Shown one piece after another: positions 54,451-64,000 of a DNA stretch of 64,000 nt. The DNA is from an uncultured virus (IMG/VR IMGVR_UViG_3300028195_000003) (lineage: Duplodnaviria > Heunggongvirae > Uroviricota > Caudoviricetes), in IMG/VR virus record IMGVR_UViG_3300028195_000003; one strand, 5' to 3'. The translations under genes were made by a program, and so were the position numbers. The notes beneath the pieces were generated by a model, which saw only the letters and a list, made by a program, of their open reading frames with translations, was not told the origin of the DNA and searched no databases. The stretch's first letter is position 1; each line of letters starts with the position of its first letter.

Positions 54451-55377
54451 TCAGCTCCCAAGGTCCACGCCATCGAGGCTGTCCCGGTCCTCGTTGATCG
54501 CGACGAAGTCTTCCTCGACACGACTCTCCCACAGACCCTGATGGTCCGGATCCCTCAAGAGCTTGGCCGGAAGAGGGTCGTACCGCTCGAAGTCCTCACC
54601 ACATCGTTCGTTCTGCGGGATCGGGCACGGCCAGTACGCGTTTCGTTCCATGAAGATCGCAGCGACCCACAGATCGGGCGACGAGTAAAAGCGGCGACCC
54701 ACGGCTGGCCCCATCCACCGAGCGGAGTACAGGGTCCACCCATTCCGTCCCCCGACGGGGTAGGGGGTCGCCGTCCTGTACTCGATGGCTCGCTGAATCT
54801 GATGAGCCGTCGGGAGCTCGCAGGAACGTGGAATGTCCCCGTACTTGCCCTTCGACCTGGCCGGACTGAAACGCGGCGCGTTGCGGGCTATCTCAGACCT
54901 GTCCACGGACCTTCCCGACAGCAGGCTGCTGGTCATCACCAGCCTGACCACGTAGCTGGTCAGGTCATGGTGACCTCGGCGTGTCAACAGCCCCTGCATC
55001 TCGAGCTTGGTCAGGTCCAAATGAACCATGCACGGCTTACCGAAGCGTTCCTCCTCTCTGCGCTCACGCTCTCGGGCGATCAGCGAAGGGAAGGCAGGGA
55101 ACACCCGCCGGCTCCTCGAGATGTCGCGCAACACCAATCTACGAAGAATCTCCGGCAGAAGACGAAGGCTCGCGACATGCCGCGGGGGGTACAGCCACCG
55201 TCCCCCCGTGTGCCAGCGGCGAGCCTTCAGGAAGGTGCTGTATGCGATCCCCCGCTCCTTATGTGTCCCCATCTGGAGCAGATCCCGCAGGGTTGGCCGA
55301 CTCAGGCTCACATACAACCTCAACTTCTGGCTTCCCGTCAGCCAGGGAGTCGCACAAGGGAGATGCTCTATTTCCAT
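54451..55377 (-). CDS. hypothetical protein
   Basis: 308-aa ORF in the minus-strand gene run. Confidence 0.45.
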   Translation of the reverse strand: MEIEHLPCATPWLTGSQKLRLYVSLSRPTLRDLLQMGTHKERGIAYSTFLKARRWHTGGRWLYPPRHVASLRLLPEILRRLVLRDISRSRRVFPAFPSLIARERERREEERFGKPCMVHLDLTKLEMQGLLTRRGHHDLTSYVVRLVMTSSLLSGRSVDRSEIARNAPRFSPARSKGKYGDIPRSCELPTAHQIQRAIEYRTATPYPVGGRNGWTLYSARWMGPAVGRRFYSSPDLWVAAIFMERNAYWPCPIPQNERCGEDFERYDPLPAKLLRDPDHQGLWESRVEEDFVAINEDRDSLDGVDLGS

Positions 55378-55388
55378 AACGATCCCGC

Positions 55389-55871
55389 TCAGTGGCCGAG
55401 CTCATCCGTCAGCAGCCCGACAGGACGTTGCTCGAGCTCACGCACCTCGCGCTCCTGCAGCCCCTCGATGGTCCGGCTGCAGGTCGCCCGACGCCCGAAG
55501 GTCGCCAGGTCGATGAGCATGGTCTCGTTGGATCCCTCGATACGCAGGTGCACGTGAGTGGCGCTGACCTTCTCGATCTCCACCGACCCCCATCCGTGAA
55601 CCCACCAGCAAGTCCCCGCGATGGGCTCTGGAGGCTTTCTGTGCCAGCGGCGCACCATGCGGATGCCCGTGAGCACCCCGAGGATGGACAGGGAGCCCGT
55701 CATGCCGAGCACGGAGGCCATCTGAAAGCCGTTCTCGAGACCACCAGCGATGGTGATGATGGTGACCGACGATGCGATGATCGAACCGAGCCCGAACATC
55801 CACTCCTCTGGCTTCAGACTGACATGGACCCCCATGGGGATGTGCGTCAGGCCTCGCAGTTCGATCCTCAC
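55389..55871 (-). CDS. membrane protein
   Basis: Two hydrophobic segments; GTGA overlap. Confidence 0.55.
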   Translation of the reverse strand: MRIELRGLTHIPMGVHVSLKPEEWMFGLGSIIASSVTIITIAGGLENGFQMASVLGMTGSLSILGVLTGIRMVRRWHRKPPEPIAGTCWWVHGWGSVEIEKVSATHVHLRIEGSNETMLIDLATFGRRATCSRTIEGLQEREVRELEQRPVGLLTDELGH

Positions 55872-56794
55872 GATCCACCACCGAACAGACCCTCGATCTG
55901 ACGGAACTGTTCGCCCAGGTTGCTCATGAAGCCGGTATCCCAGGTGCCGTCGGACCCTCCATAGCCCAGCGGGTGCTCGAAGCTGGGCCCAGGACCGAAC
56001 CAGCCGGAAGGGTTGCGGATCCAGTTCTCGGCGAGCTCGAGGAACAGCTTGATGGCCAGGACCTCCTCAGCGGGAGGGTAGCCCCAGTCGTAGCAGTGAA
56101 CGACCCTCTCCCAGGACATGTTCCAGGTGACGTAGCCCTTCTCGATGGCGAAGGGGTGATGCCGGTGGTGGACCCGGTAGGGCTCACCCGTCAGGCCTCC
56201 ACGACAGATCAACCAGCCGTACTTGCACCAGTCTCGCCACTGCCGTGGTGTGCAGAACTCCCGCAGCACCTGCGAGGAGCGCACCAGGGCCCGCTCCTGG
56301 GGGTTCGGGCAGCACAGGGTGGGACGCCTGGCCGTGGCCGCTGCGGCTGCCTGGCGAGCCACCAGGGCCGTCTGTTCGGCCTCCTTGGTCGCGGCCTCCT
56401 TGGCCTCCCGCTCCTTGTTCTCCTTGGCGTCCAGCGCCAACATGACGTCGTCCAGACCGTTGGCGTCCACCACGGCGAGCATGGTTCCGGCCCTGCTGCG
56501 CACAGCCGTCAGGTTGCCCCTGGGTGGGTTCAGATCCTTCGCCAGCTGACGCCCGGCCGTAGCCACCGAACAGGACAGCTCGACCTTCGACCTCCCCAGC
56601 AGGGAGAAACGAGCATCGGACCCCGCAAACCCGAGACCGCGCTGTTCGCGGATGAAGTCGTGCAGAATGTCCTGCTCTCGCGGGGTGGGGTCCTCCACCA
56701 GCAGATCGCAGCGATCCGGCAGGGGCTTATCGTCCCCGCCATCAACCGGGAGTAGCCGGAAGTCGCCGGAGTTGGTCGGGAAGTACCAACGCAC
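55868..56794 (-). CDS. hypothetical protein
   Basis: GGAGG RBS; 308 aa. Confidence 0.6.
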   Translation of the reverse strand: MRWYFPTNSGDFRLLPVDGGDDKPLPDRCDLLVEDPTPREQDILHDFIREQRGLGFAGSDARFSLLGRSKVELSCSVATAGRQLAKDLNPPRGNLTAVRSRAGTMLAVVDANGLDDVMLALDAKENKEREAKEAATKEAEQTALVARQAAAAATARRPTLCCPNPQERALVRSSQVLREFCTPRQWRDWCKYGWLICRGGLTGEPYRVHHRHHPFAIEKGYVTWNMSWERVVHCYDWGYPPAEEVLAIKLFLELAENWIRNPSGWFGPGPSFEHPLGYGGSDGTWDTGFMSNLGEQFRQIEGLFGGGS

Positions 56795-56797
56795 GGG

Positions 56798-57898
56798 CTA
56801 CCCCTCCGAGGCGAGCGTAGTCCCATCGGACTCGAAGCCAATGACGTACGGAGGCAGCTCGTCCACAGACCCGTAGACCTCACCGTCCCCACCAACGATG
56901 TCGCCCGACATCGACAGAATGGCAGAACCAACCTGACCAATGAGGGAGCCGGACTGGCCGTAGTCCGTTCCGTCCGGCGTGACGTTCATGGGCAGCGGGT
57001 TGGGGTAGTAGGGGTTGATGGCGTTGACAACGCCAGAAGAAACGGATCCAGACATAGCCATGCCGATGTCCATCCCTTCCTCAGCCAGCATGGCCATCTC
57101 CTCGTCGCACAGCTCGTCGTCAGCGTCCATGTCGAGCGGATCCACGTAGCCCTCGTAGCCGATGGCGAGCTGAGGAAGATCCAGCGACAACCCGAGGTTC
57201 GAGGAGCCCATCGAGTCGCCGTAGCTCGACGAGGCGACCGCATAGCCCCCGGAGGCGATGCTGATGCCACTACCTCCGGTGTAACGATCCTCGATGTGAT
57301 CGGTGAGCAGCTCGGCGACCTTGTCCTGCTCGGGCTTCCCGAAGCCGGCCGTGGAGCTGGGCGGGTCGCTGCTGATGCCGACCTGACCGCGCACCCGGGC
57401 CTCGAGCTCCTTGGCGACATCCTCCATGCCCGCGTCCCGGGCCGCCTTGACCGCCCGGATGGTCTGGGGGAGCGTCCACTCCGCCTGGAGCTTGCCAGCC
57501 ACGGCCATCAGCTCCTGGATGGTGCGAGCTGCATGGGACTCGGCGCTGACATGGCGCTTGCGCGAAGCCTTGGCCATCCCACGCTGCTTCCGCCTCGGGT
57601 CGTGCTCCGGCTGCAGATAGCCGCCAAAGTAGGGCAGCAGCTGCCGCTGGGTCTGAGCCAGAGCCTGGACCTTCATCAGCAGCTGAGGGGCGTTCTCCTC
57701 GGTCATACCCGAGGCGAGCAACATCAGGATCTCCTGGGTGCTCTTTGTCAGCAGAGCCGCGGCCCGAGTCTCGACGTCACCGGCCGGATCGACCAGCTGG
57801 CCCTCACCGGGGACCTGGTCACCGGGGATGAGGGCGGGGGGTGCTTGATCGGACTGGACCAGATGCGCGGCGGTGGTCGCCAGGGCGGGATCGGACAT
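56798..57898 (-). CDS. hypothetical protein
   Basis: GAGGAG RBS; 366 aa. Confidence 0.6.
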   Translation of the reverse strand: MSDPALATTAAHLVQSDQAPPALIPGDQVPGEGQLVDPAGDVETRAAALLTKSTQEILMLLASGMTEENAPQLLMKVQALAQTQRQLLPYFGGYLQPEHDPRRKQRGMAKASRKRHVSAESHAARTIQELMAVAGKLQAEWTLPQTIRAVKAARDAGMEDVAKELEARVRGQVGISSDPPSSTAGFGKPEQDKVAELLTDHIEDRYTGGSGISIASGGYAVASSSYGDSMGSSNLGLSLDLPQLAIGYEGYVDPLDMDADDELCDEEMAMLAEEGMDIGMAMSGSVSSGVVNAINPYYPNPLPMNVTPDGTDYGQSGSLIGQVGSAILSMSGDIVGGDGEVYGSVDELPPYVIGFESDGTTLASEG

Positions 57899-58646
57899 GT
57901 CTGCTCTCCTCTACGTGCTCTACCAGGAGTAGCACGTTGCTCATGTTCGGTCAAACGAAGGTTTCCCGGTTGGACGAAGCGTTCCACCGCAGGAATGGGG
58001 ACGCTCTGGGTTCACGGCACCGCTCACCAAGCGTTGACACTTGTCACACCGGAACCAGCGCCGGTGAGACTTCGGTCGGGCAATGTCCGACCCGGCGACC
58101 GTGACCACCTCCCACTCGCCAGGGTCGGACCCATCCGGCATCCCGGCATCACGGAGATGTTTCAGGTGAGCCATGGAGAAGGCCCGGCGCCGCATCACTT
58201 CCACCAGGTGACGATGAAACCGCCACCGGGGACCCTGCGGCCCGCACACCTCACGGATGTATCGCCCGCGGTGAAGTGACGACCCCATTCCAGATGTCCG
58301 AGCTCACCGCTATGCATCTCATCGCCGAGCACGAGCTCCCGGATGGACATGCCCCTGCTCTTGCAGAAGTTACGAATGGCCGCTTCCTCCGTCTCGCCCA
58401 TACCCAAGATGCAGTCCAGGGCCTCTTCCCTGCTGGCCTTGATAGTGACGTCCGTGGACAGAGCACGGTAGTGGTCCTCGAGCGCCTCCCTGTCCCTCTC
58501 CACGAGCCTCGACAGGGCCGGGTCCTTCATGGCCGCAGCGAGCTCCAGCGGGCGCAGAATCCGGGGATCTTCCATCTTGGCCCTGTCATGGTGCTTGGCA
58601 ATATTCGCGAAGCTCATCTGTTCGAGCTGGTCACTGTAGAGCGTGC

Positions 58647-59039
58647 TCACGGTGTCCCTCCTTCTGGTTGAATGTCTACGGGCCGAATGTCCCAGCCCTC
58701 TCGCCGAAGCCGACGCAGTGTCCACGGCAGAATCCTGGATTCCCTGCCCATGACGAATCCGTTGGCCTTTTCCAGGCTCCACCCCGACAGCTGCCGAAGA
58801 CGCAAGATGGCCCTGACTTTGTCGGTTCTCCGCTGATGTGCCTCATCACCGCTCGGGCGCGGGTAGCGGACGCAGAAGACGACCCCGGTCTGCTCCAGCA
58901 TCGACAGCCTGGTAGCCGCGGACATGGAGACAGTGTCGCGAACGTCGGTGTCTCGCACCGACCGCAGGGCTTCGACGTCGATGCTGCCCTGAATCCACGA
59001 AACGGCATCATGGAGAAGCATTTTCGAGGTTTCGGCCAT
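58647..59039 (-). CDS. hypothetical protein
   Basis: TGATG-coupled ORF. Confidence 0.5.
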   Translation of the reverse strand: MAETSKMLLHDAVSWIQGSIDVEALRSVRDTDVRDTVSMSAATRLSMLEQTGVVFCVRYPRPSGDEAHQRRTDKVRAILRLRQLSGWSLEKANGFVMGRESRILPWTLRRLRREGWDIRPVDIQPEGGTP

Positions 59040-59257
59040 CAGCTCTTCTCCGGATAGTAGTCGACATCGTAGTGGTGGGTGTCTCCACCACCAGCCGCAT
59101 GGAGCGTGACGATGACGGTGCCATGGCGGCTCTCGCGCACGGTCACAGATGGGCTGAAATGATCGGACCAGCTCCCATGAACCGCGAGCGGAGTGTCGTC
59201 CGGAAGGCCCTCGAGAGCGGCGATCAGTTGCCCCTTGGTGGTGACGGTCTTGGCCAT
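59039..59257 (-). CDS. small phage-type protein
   Basis: T..QLI..LE.LPDD.P motif. Confidence 0.55.
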   Translation of the reverse strand: MAKTVTTKGQLIAALEGLPDDTPLAVHGSWSDHFSPSVTVRESRHGTVIVTLHAAGGGDTHHYDVDYYPEKS

Positions 59258-59866
59258 CTACTCTTCCCCATCGACGAAGGCTTCCCTCTTCCGATCAATG
59301 GCCACGGGGCCCGGCACGTAGTCAGCCGGAACACCGCCCCGAAGATCGGGCGGGATCAGGTCGTTGCAGCCGTTGCAGCACAGGACTCCGCGGCTGTCGA
59401 AGTACAGATCGTTCGGATCGTCGGTTCCCGAGAAGGAACCACACACCGAGCAGTAGCAGTAGGTCTTGGGATCCGGGTTGACGGACCCTGGCTTCCCTGG
59501 CGATCCGGTGATGGAGGACGGGGCCTCCACAGCGTCTTCGGGGCCCACCACGATGCGCTCGACGGGCACCTTGGCGACGCCCCCAGCGGGAACCTCACCT
59601 GGCTCCGATGGGATCAGGTAGTCCCGACCGCTTCTGGTCTCGATGGCGAGGATTCCCAGTTTCACGGCCCGGTCCACCACCAGCTTGTAGTATCGATCCA
59701 GCAGCCGCTTACGACCCAGCGTATCGGCAGCGACCGCCTTCCAGGAACCCAGCGTGCGCCGACTCTTTCCAGAAGGGTGCAGCGCGAGCTCCTTGGTCAC
59801 GGCCTGGCGCAGAGCCATGGCTGCGTCGGTGAGCTGATCGGTCGTGAAGTCGTGCTGCTCGCTCAT
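59258..59866 (-). CDS. hypothetical protein with C-terminal Zn finger
   Basis: Start MSEQHD after AGGAG; CSVC..CNGC; TTGCCA-17-TATGTT promoter. Confidence 0.6.
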   Translation of the reverse strand: MSEQHDFTTDQLTDAAMALRQAVTKELALHPSGKSRRTLGSWKAVAADTLGRKRLLDRYYKLVVDRAVKLGILAIETRSGRDYLIPSEPGEVPAGGVAKVPVERIVVGPEDAVEAPSSITGSPGKPGSVNPDPKTYCYCSVCGSFSGTDDPNDLYFDSRGVLCCNGCNDLIPPDLRGGVPADYVPGPVAIDRKREAFVDGEE

Positions 59867-59940
59867 GGTGAACTCCTGTCCGGTGTTTCCAAAACATAAC
59901 ACCTTCCACCAGGAGTGGCAAACCGCACGTTCCTCGAGAA

Positions 59941-60470
59941 CTACTCCGAGTCACCGATCTCGCGCAGGTTCACCTCCCCCAGCACCCCCATCAGCATGCG
60001 CAGGGACTCACCAAGGTTCATCGTCGCCAGGTACTCTGTGCTGTTGACCTGCAGGTCCAGCGCTCGATTCATGGTCAACCGCCAGAACCGCTGCCGGCCA
60101 CACAGCTCGATGGTCACCTCGTTGACGGCGCTGGGTGACAGTGGGATCCAGATGGCCCGCTCGGCGTTTCCACGCAGGGTCACCGGCACGTCGGGGTGCG
60201 GTGTGAAAGGCTTGGCCCAGCGGGCATCGGCCTGCATCCTGGTGAAGTGCCACCCCATCACGTCCGGCTGCTCATCACTCCTGGGTCCGTACCACCACAG
60301 CACACCCGGCCCAGACCTCTTCGCCAGCTTCTCCCGGACATCGACCGGGATGGTCTCGAGCCGGCGCCGCAGCAGGCGCCTGTCGAATCCGTTCTCCAGC
60401 ATGCGATGTGCGTTCTCGACGGCCTCGCCTTCGGCATCCTTGTCTACGTGGCTGATGACGTGCTCTTCCA
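59941..60470 (-). CDS. hypothetical protein (start approximate)
   Basis: MEEHVISH after AAGGAG. Confidence 0.45.
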
Positions 60471-60820
60471 TTATGCTCGCTCCTTCCGTTGGGTACGGGC
60501 TCGCTTCGTCATGACCCTGCGCTTCGCCAGCTCGATCGGGCTGTCCAGGGTGTCCTCCGAACCGTCCAGGATGGACCGCTCGGAGACCTCGAGCCAGGAG
60601 CTCCAACAGCCGTGACGGCGACGTTCCTTCCAACGACAGCATAGGACCCAGCCTCCCAGTGACAAGAGAACCATCACGGCCGTGAACACGGCGATGACCA
60701 CGACGTCGAGCGACGCTCCCATTCCGGCCTCCTGATGTTGTCAAGATAACGCTCTCCACTGTCAGTGGCAAGGCCTGGAAGCAGAGGTCTCGACGACGGC
60801 CTCATGCTATGCTGCCCTCG

Positions 60821-63289
60821 ATGAACCCTGTCCAGCTCGCGTCGACCCTCGCCACCGCCCCGGCTCACCGAGCCAGGAAGGGTGTGCTGCAGCAGCTGAA
60901 AGGGCGCCTCGAGCTGACGGCGGCGCGACCGCCGGCCCGATCCGACTTCCGAACACGCCTGACCTGGGCGTTCTCGCAGATGAAGGACCCCAGGGAGCGG
61001 TTGATGCTCTTCTCCCTGCTGTACGACGCGGCCAACGCCTTCCAACCCCAGCGGGGGGCTCTCCCGCCGATCATGGACGAGAGGACCCTCGAACAACAGG
61101 ATCTTCCAGATTGGGCAAGGGGAGGATCGCCCGACACGAGAAGGAAGATCGACGAGATGACGGAAGGGTGCCACCTGGTGGTCCAGGTGAATGAGACACT
61201 CCACGCCTCCGCCGATGGGTACAAACACACGGTCCCGCTGACGTGGTCGTGGCTAAGGATACCCGTGTGCTGGACACCCAGCCCCGATCTGCTCCCCCTT
61301 CCAGGAGTCTCGACCCGCTGGGACCCCTGGATCCCGTGGCTGATGAAAGAAGCCAAGGCCATGGTGGCCCACCACGACCGGATCATGGCGGACAACCCCG
61401 ACCTGCGCGATCTGTCCAAGGAGGAGCTGCATGAGCTCGTGTCCCAGCATGGGGTTCGGGTCCTTAAAATCGGTCCAGTGAAGGAAGGGACCAAGCTCAG
61501 CCAACACCTGCGCAACACCTTCGAGGGATACAGCCGAAACACCCCATGGGTGGGATTTCAGGCCTCGATGGCCCTGGGCATATTCGGATCCTTCCAGGCT
61601 CTCCGCCACAGAGTGCAGCAGCTCATCGACTGGCTCGAAGAAGAGCGTCCCGACGTGATGCCCATGAGCCTATGGCGCGCCACTGAGCTAAGTGAGGCGT
61701 GGCACCGACAGTTCGCCGCATCTGCCAACTACAAGAGCCCCGTCACCAGAGGCCTCCCTGTCGTGACCTGGCCAGACGGGTGGCGCATCGAGCGCATCGT
61801 GACGTCCAAGGAGGCCGAGGAGGAGGGCACGAGCATGGGCCACTGCGTGGGTGGGCACTGGAGATACATCCGCGACGGAGACGAGCTGATCTTCTCCATC
61901 CGAGACCCGGAGGGAAGGCCCTGGGGGACCGTGGCCCTCTCCCTCAACGCCCAACACGTGGCCGAAGACGTCAACCAGCTCATCGATCGGGACAGAGAGC
62001 TCGCCTACGAGCTCCGAATAGCGGCACCGGATCCCGACGGTCTGTGGTACCACGGAGACACCCAGGGGGCGGTCTTCACTGGAGACCTCCCCATCCGGGG
62101 AGAGTGGACCCAGGTCAAGGACCTGAAGGGACACAACAACGGCACCATCAACAACGAGACGGCCGCCTCCCGCATGGCCTGGTTCCTGGACGTGGTGCTG
62201 AACACCGACATCGAGGGCCACACATGGGCGCTCGGCAACCAGGGCGACGTCACCGTCGTCATCGACGGGACCGTCATCCCGGACTGGATAAAAGAGAAGC
62301 ACGGGCTGCAGGGAGAGCCGAGCGAGGAGACGGCCACACAGAAATGGCAGCATGAGTTCATCGGGGCGCAGCAGTCCGTCGACACCGAGGTGTCGATGTA
62401 CAGAGAGTGCGCCAATGACGCCGAGAAGTGGAGAGACATCCCCGGCATCGATGATCTGAGCTACTTCTACCAAGAACACGGAGAAGACAGCAGCGAATGG
62501 GCCCCCGAAACGATCCTGGAGCATGAAGCGCTCGTCAAGCCCGTCGAGGCCTGGATGGACAGCTTCTTCACGGATCAACGAGGGATGACCACCGAAGAAA
62601 TGCGCGAGGAATGGGAAAATGACGACATCACGCTGCCGGAGTTCGCGGACTGGTACGTCGAGGTCCGCTCCATCCACGACGCCCAATACTACGGGCAAGA
62701 GGCATGGAGAGCGGTCAAGGACGAGCTCGTCTCCCTAAGGATCGCCCTGGACGGTGTACAGGTCAGCGAGGTCGAATACGACGACTTCCGCTCCCACGGC
62801 GGCAACTACCGCATCGGGCTGTACTTCGAAGACACCGAGTACCTCGGTGACGCCGATCCTGTCTACACCGTCATCGCCAACGGATCCTCGGGCTGGGACG
62901 AGGACCCCTCCTGGGAGGTACGATCGGGAGGCGGTAGTGGTGATCTGATCGGTACGTCCAACCAGTCCGCTCTGTACGCCCTGCTCGACTCCGGGGTCCT
63001 CATCACCAAGCGGCAGAACGAGGAGAGAAAGGCAGAGCTCGCCAAGAACCCCCAGGAAGACAAACGCGCAGGGCAACTCACACAGGTACCCGAGTGGATC
63101 TGGCTACACCCCGACATCACGATTCCCATGCACCAGATGCAGGAGCGGGACATCATCGAGATGGACGGGGACCAGCGGCGGACGTTCAGGAGGATGATCA
63201 AGGACGGGAGCCCGAACATCAAGGCCAAGCAGATCAACGAAGCGGCTGAAGCACTCAGTGCGCTCGAGGTCGAAGAGATCGAGGACTGA
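60821..63289 (+). CDS. PcfJ-like domain protein (paralog 7)
   Basis: AEEEGTSMGHCVGG..IFSIRDPEG.P.GT..LKGHNN; start MNPVQL preferred over 60809. Confidence 0.75.
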   Translation: MNPVQLASTLATAPAHRARKGVLQQLKGRLELTAARPPARSDFRTRLTWAFSQMKDPRERLMLFSLLYDAANAFQPQRGALPPIMDERTLEQQDLPDWARGGSPDTRRKIDEMTEGCHLVVQVNETLHASADGYKHTVPLTWSWLRIPVCWTPSPDLLPLPGVSTRWDPWIPWLMKEAKAMVAHHDRIMADNPDLRDLSKEELHELVSQHGVRVLKIGPVKEGTKLSQHLRNTFEGYSRNTPWVGFQASMALGIFGSFQALRHRVQQLIDWLEEERPDVMPMSLWRATELSEAWHRQFAASANYKSPVTRGLPVVTWPDGWRIERIVTSKEAEEEGTSMGHCVGGHWRYIRDGDELIFSIRDPEGRPWGTVALSLNAQHVAEDVNQLIDRDRELAYELRIAAPDPDGLWYHGDTQGAVFTGDLPIRGEWTQVKDLKGHNNGTINNETAASRMAWFLDVVLNTDIEGHTWALGNQGDVTVVIDGTVIPDWIKEKHGLQGEPSEETATQKWQHEFIGAQQSVDTEVSMYRECANDAEKWRDIPGIDDLSYFYQEHGEDSSEWAPETILEHEALVKPVEAWMDSFFTDQRGMTTEEMREEWENDDITLPEFADWYVEVRSIHDAQYYGQEAWRAVKDELVSLRIALDGVQVSEVEYDDFRSHGGNYRIGLYFEDTEYLGDADPVYTVIANGSSGWDEDPSWEVRSGGGSGDLIGTSNQSALYALLDSGVLITKRQNEERKAELAKNPQEDKRAGQLTQVPEWIWLHPDITIPMHQMQERDIIEMDGDQRRTFRRMIKDGSPNIKAKQINEAAEALSALEVEEIED

Positions 63290-63321
63290 ACGCAGCAGCG
63301 CTCCGTGCTATGCTGCCCTCG

Positions 63322-64000
63322 ATGAACCCCTCCCTGATCGCATCCACCCTCGTGCTCTCGCCGGCCCCGCAGGCCAGGAAGGGTGCGCTGCAGCAGCTGA
63401 AGGGGCGCCTCGGACTGATGGCGGTACCCACGGCGCGCTCGGACACCAGAACACGCCTGCTGTGGGCCATGTCCCAGCTTGGAGATGTCAGAGCGAGGCT
63501 GCTGTTCTGGGCGATGTTCGTCGACATGACCAACGCATGGACACCGCCCCCAAACTCGTCGAGCTTCCTCACGGTCAAGGCGCCATCCCTCGATAGATGG
63601 GAAAAACAAGGACAGATACACATCCTCAATGGCGCAAAGCATGCCGTGGCCAGAAACGGAGTCGCCGTCGAGATCGAAGAGGCCATCAACATCCCGGCCC
63701 GACACTACGGGAAAAGGGCATCGAGATGGACGTGGCTGAAAGTCCCAGAAGAGTGGACACTCGCCCCGGACGTCATCCCACTACAAGGCACGACCACCCG
63801 CTGGGACCCATGGATCCCGTGGCTCGCCAAAGAGGCCGCAGCCCTCGTTCGCGCCCACGACAAGCTCGTCAAAAATGGCCCAGATTTCAGGGCTGTAGAT
63901 CTGGACTGGCTCTACAAGCAGAGCCTCGTGATTCTGCAGGAACCCATCGGCGTCGACCTACACGGGACCGGGCCACTGCACCCCACCCTGTCGGACGTCC
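63322..64000 (+). CDS. paralog of 60821..63289, truncated by the window edge (paralog 8)
   Basis: MNPSLIASTL..ARKGALQQLKGRLGL..TRWDPWIPWLAKEA is colinear with paralog 7. Confidence 0.75.
   Translation, partial: MNPSLIASTLVLSPAPQARKGALQQLKGRLGLMAVPTARSDTRTRLLWAMSQLGDVRARLLFWAMFVDMTNAWTPPPNSSSFLTVKAPSLDRWEKQGQIHILNGAKHAVARNGVAVEIEEAINIPARHYGKRASRWTWLKVPEEWTLAPDVIPLQGTTTRWDPWIPWLAKEAAALVRAHDKLVKNGPDFRAVDLDWLYKQSLVILQEPIGVDLHGTGPLHPTLSDV

Overview
High-GC window that looks like part of a very large phage (jumbo-phage-like) or other giant mobile element. There are no housekeeping or virion genes here, so that identity is inferred. Main contents: (1) 28 minus-strand tRNA genes in two clusters plus one isolated gene (29987-34143, 38960-39637, 42693-43906). 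The isolated tRNA-Arg(TCT) is split by a group I intron encoding an HNH nuclease. Free-standing HNH and PD-(D/E)XK nucleases and a PTH2 peptidyl-tRNA hydrolase lie among the tRNAs. (2) Several non-canonical structured RNAs between the tRNAs, including an apparent stand-alone mimic of the 23S rRNA uL11-binding/GTPase-associated centre (H43-H44). (3) A probable attenuator and boxA leader in front of the tRNA transcript. (4) A Ro60/TROVE-like vWA gene and an ARPP-like gene, preceded by tRNA-like domains nested in long stems (Y-RNA-like). (5) An NAD salvage operon pncB-nadE-pncA-nrtR with a duplicated promoter carrying tandem GT-N7-AC boxes. (6) Eight PcfJ-like paralogs, several apparently leaderless. 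(7) Polyvalent, ART-like and pre-toxin-like proteins. (8) ParB, a type IIG-like R-M protein and a C5 methyltransferase. (9) About 12 copies of a palindrome YTGCYAC-N5-GTRGCAA, mostly overlapping promoters. All calls come from manual reading; no searches were run.
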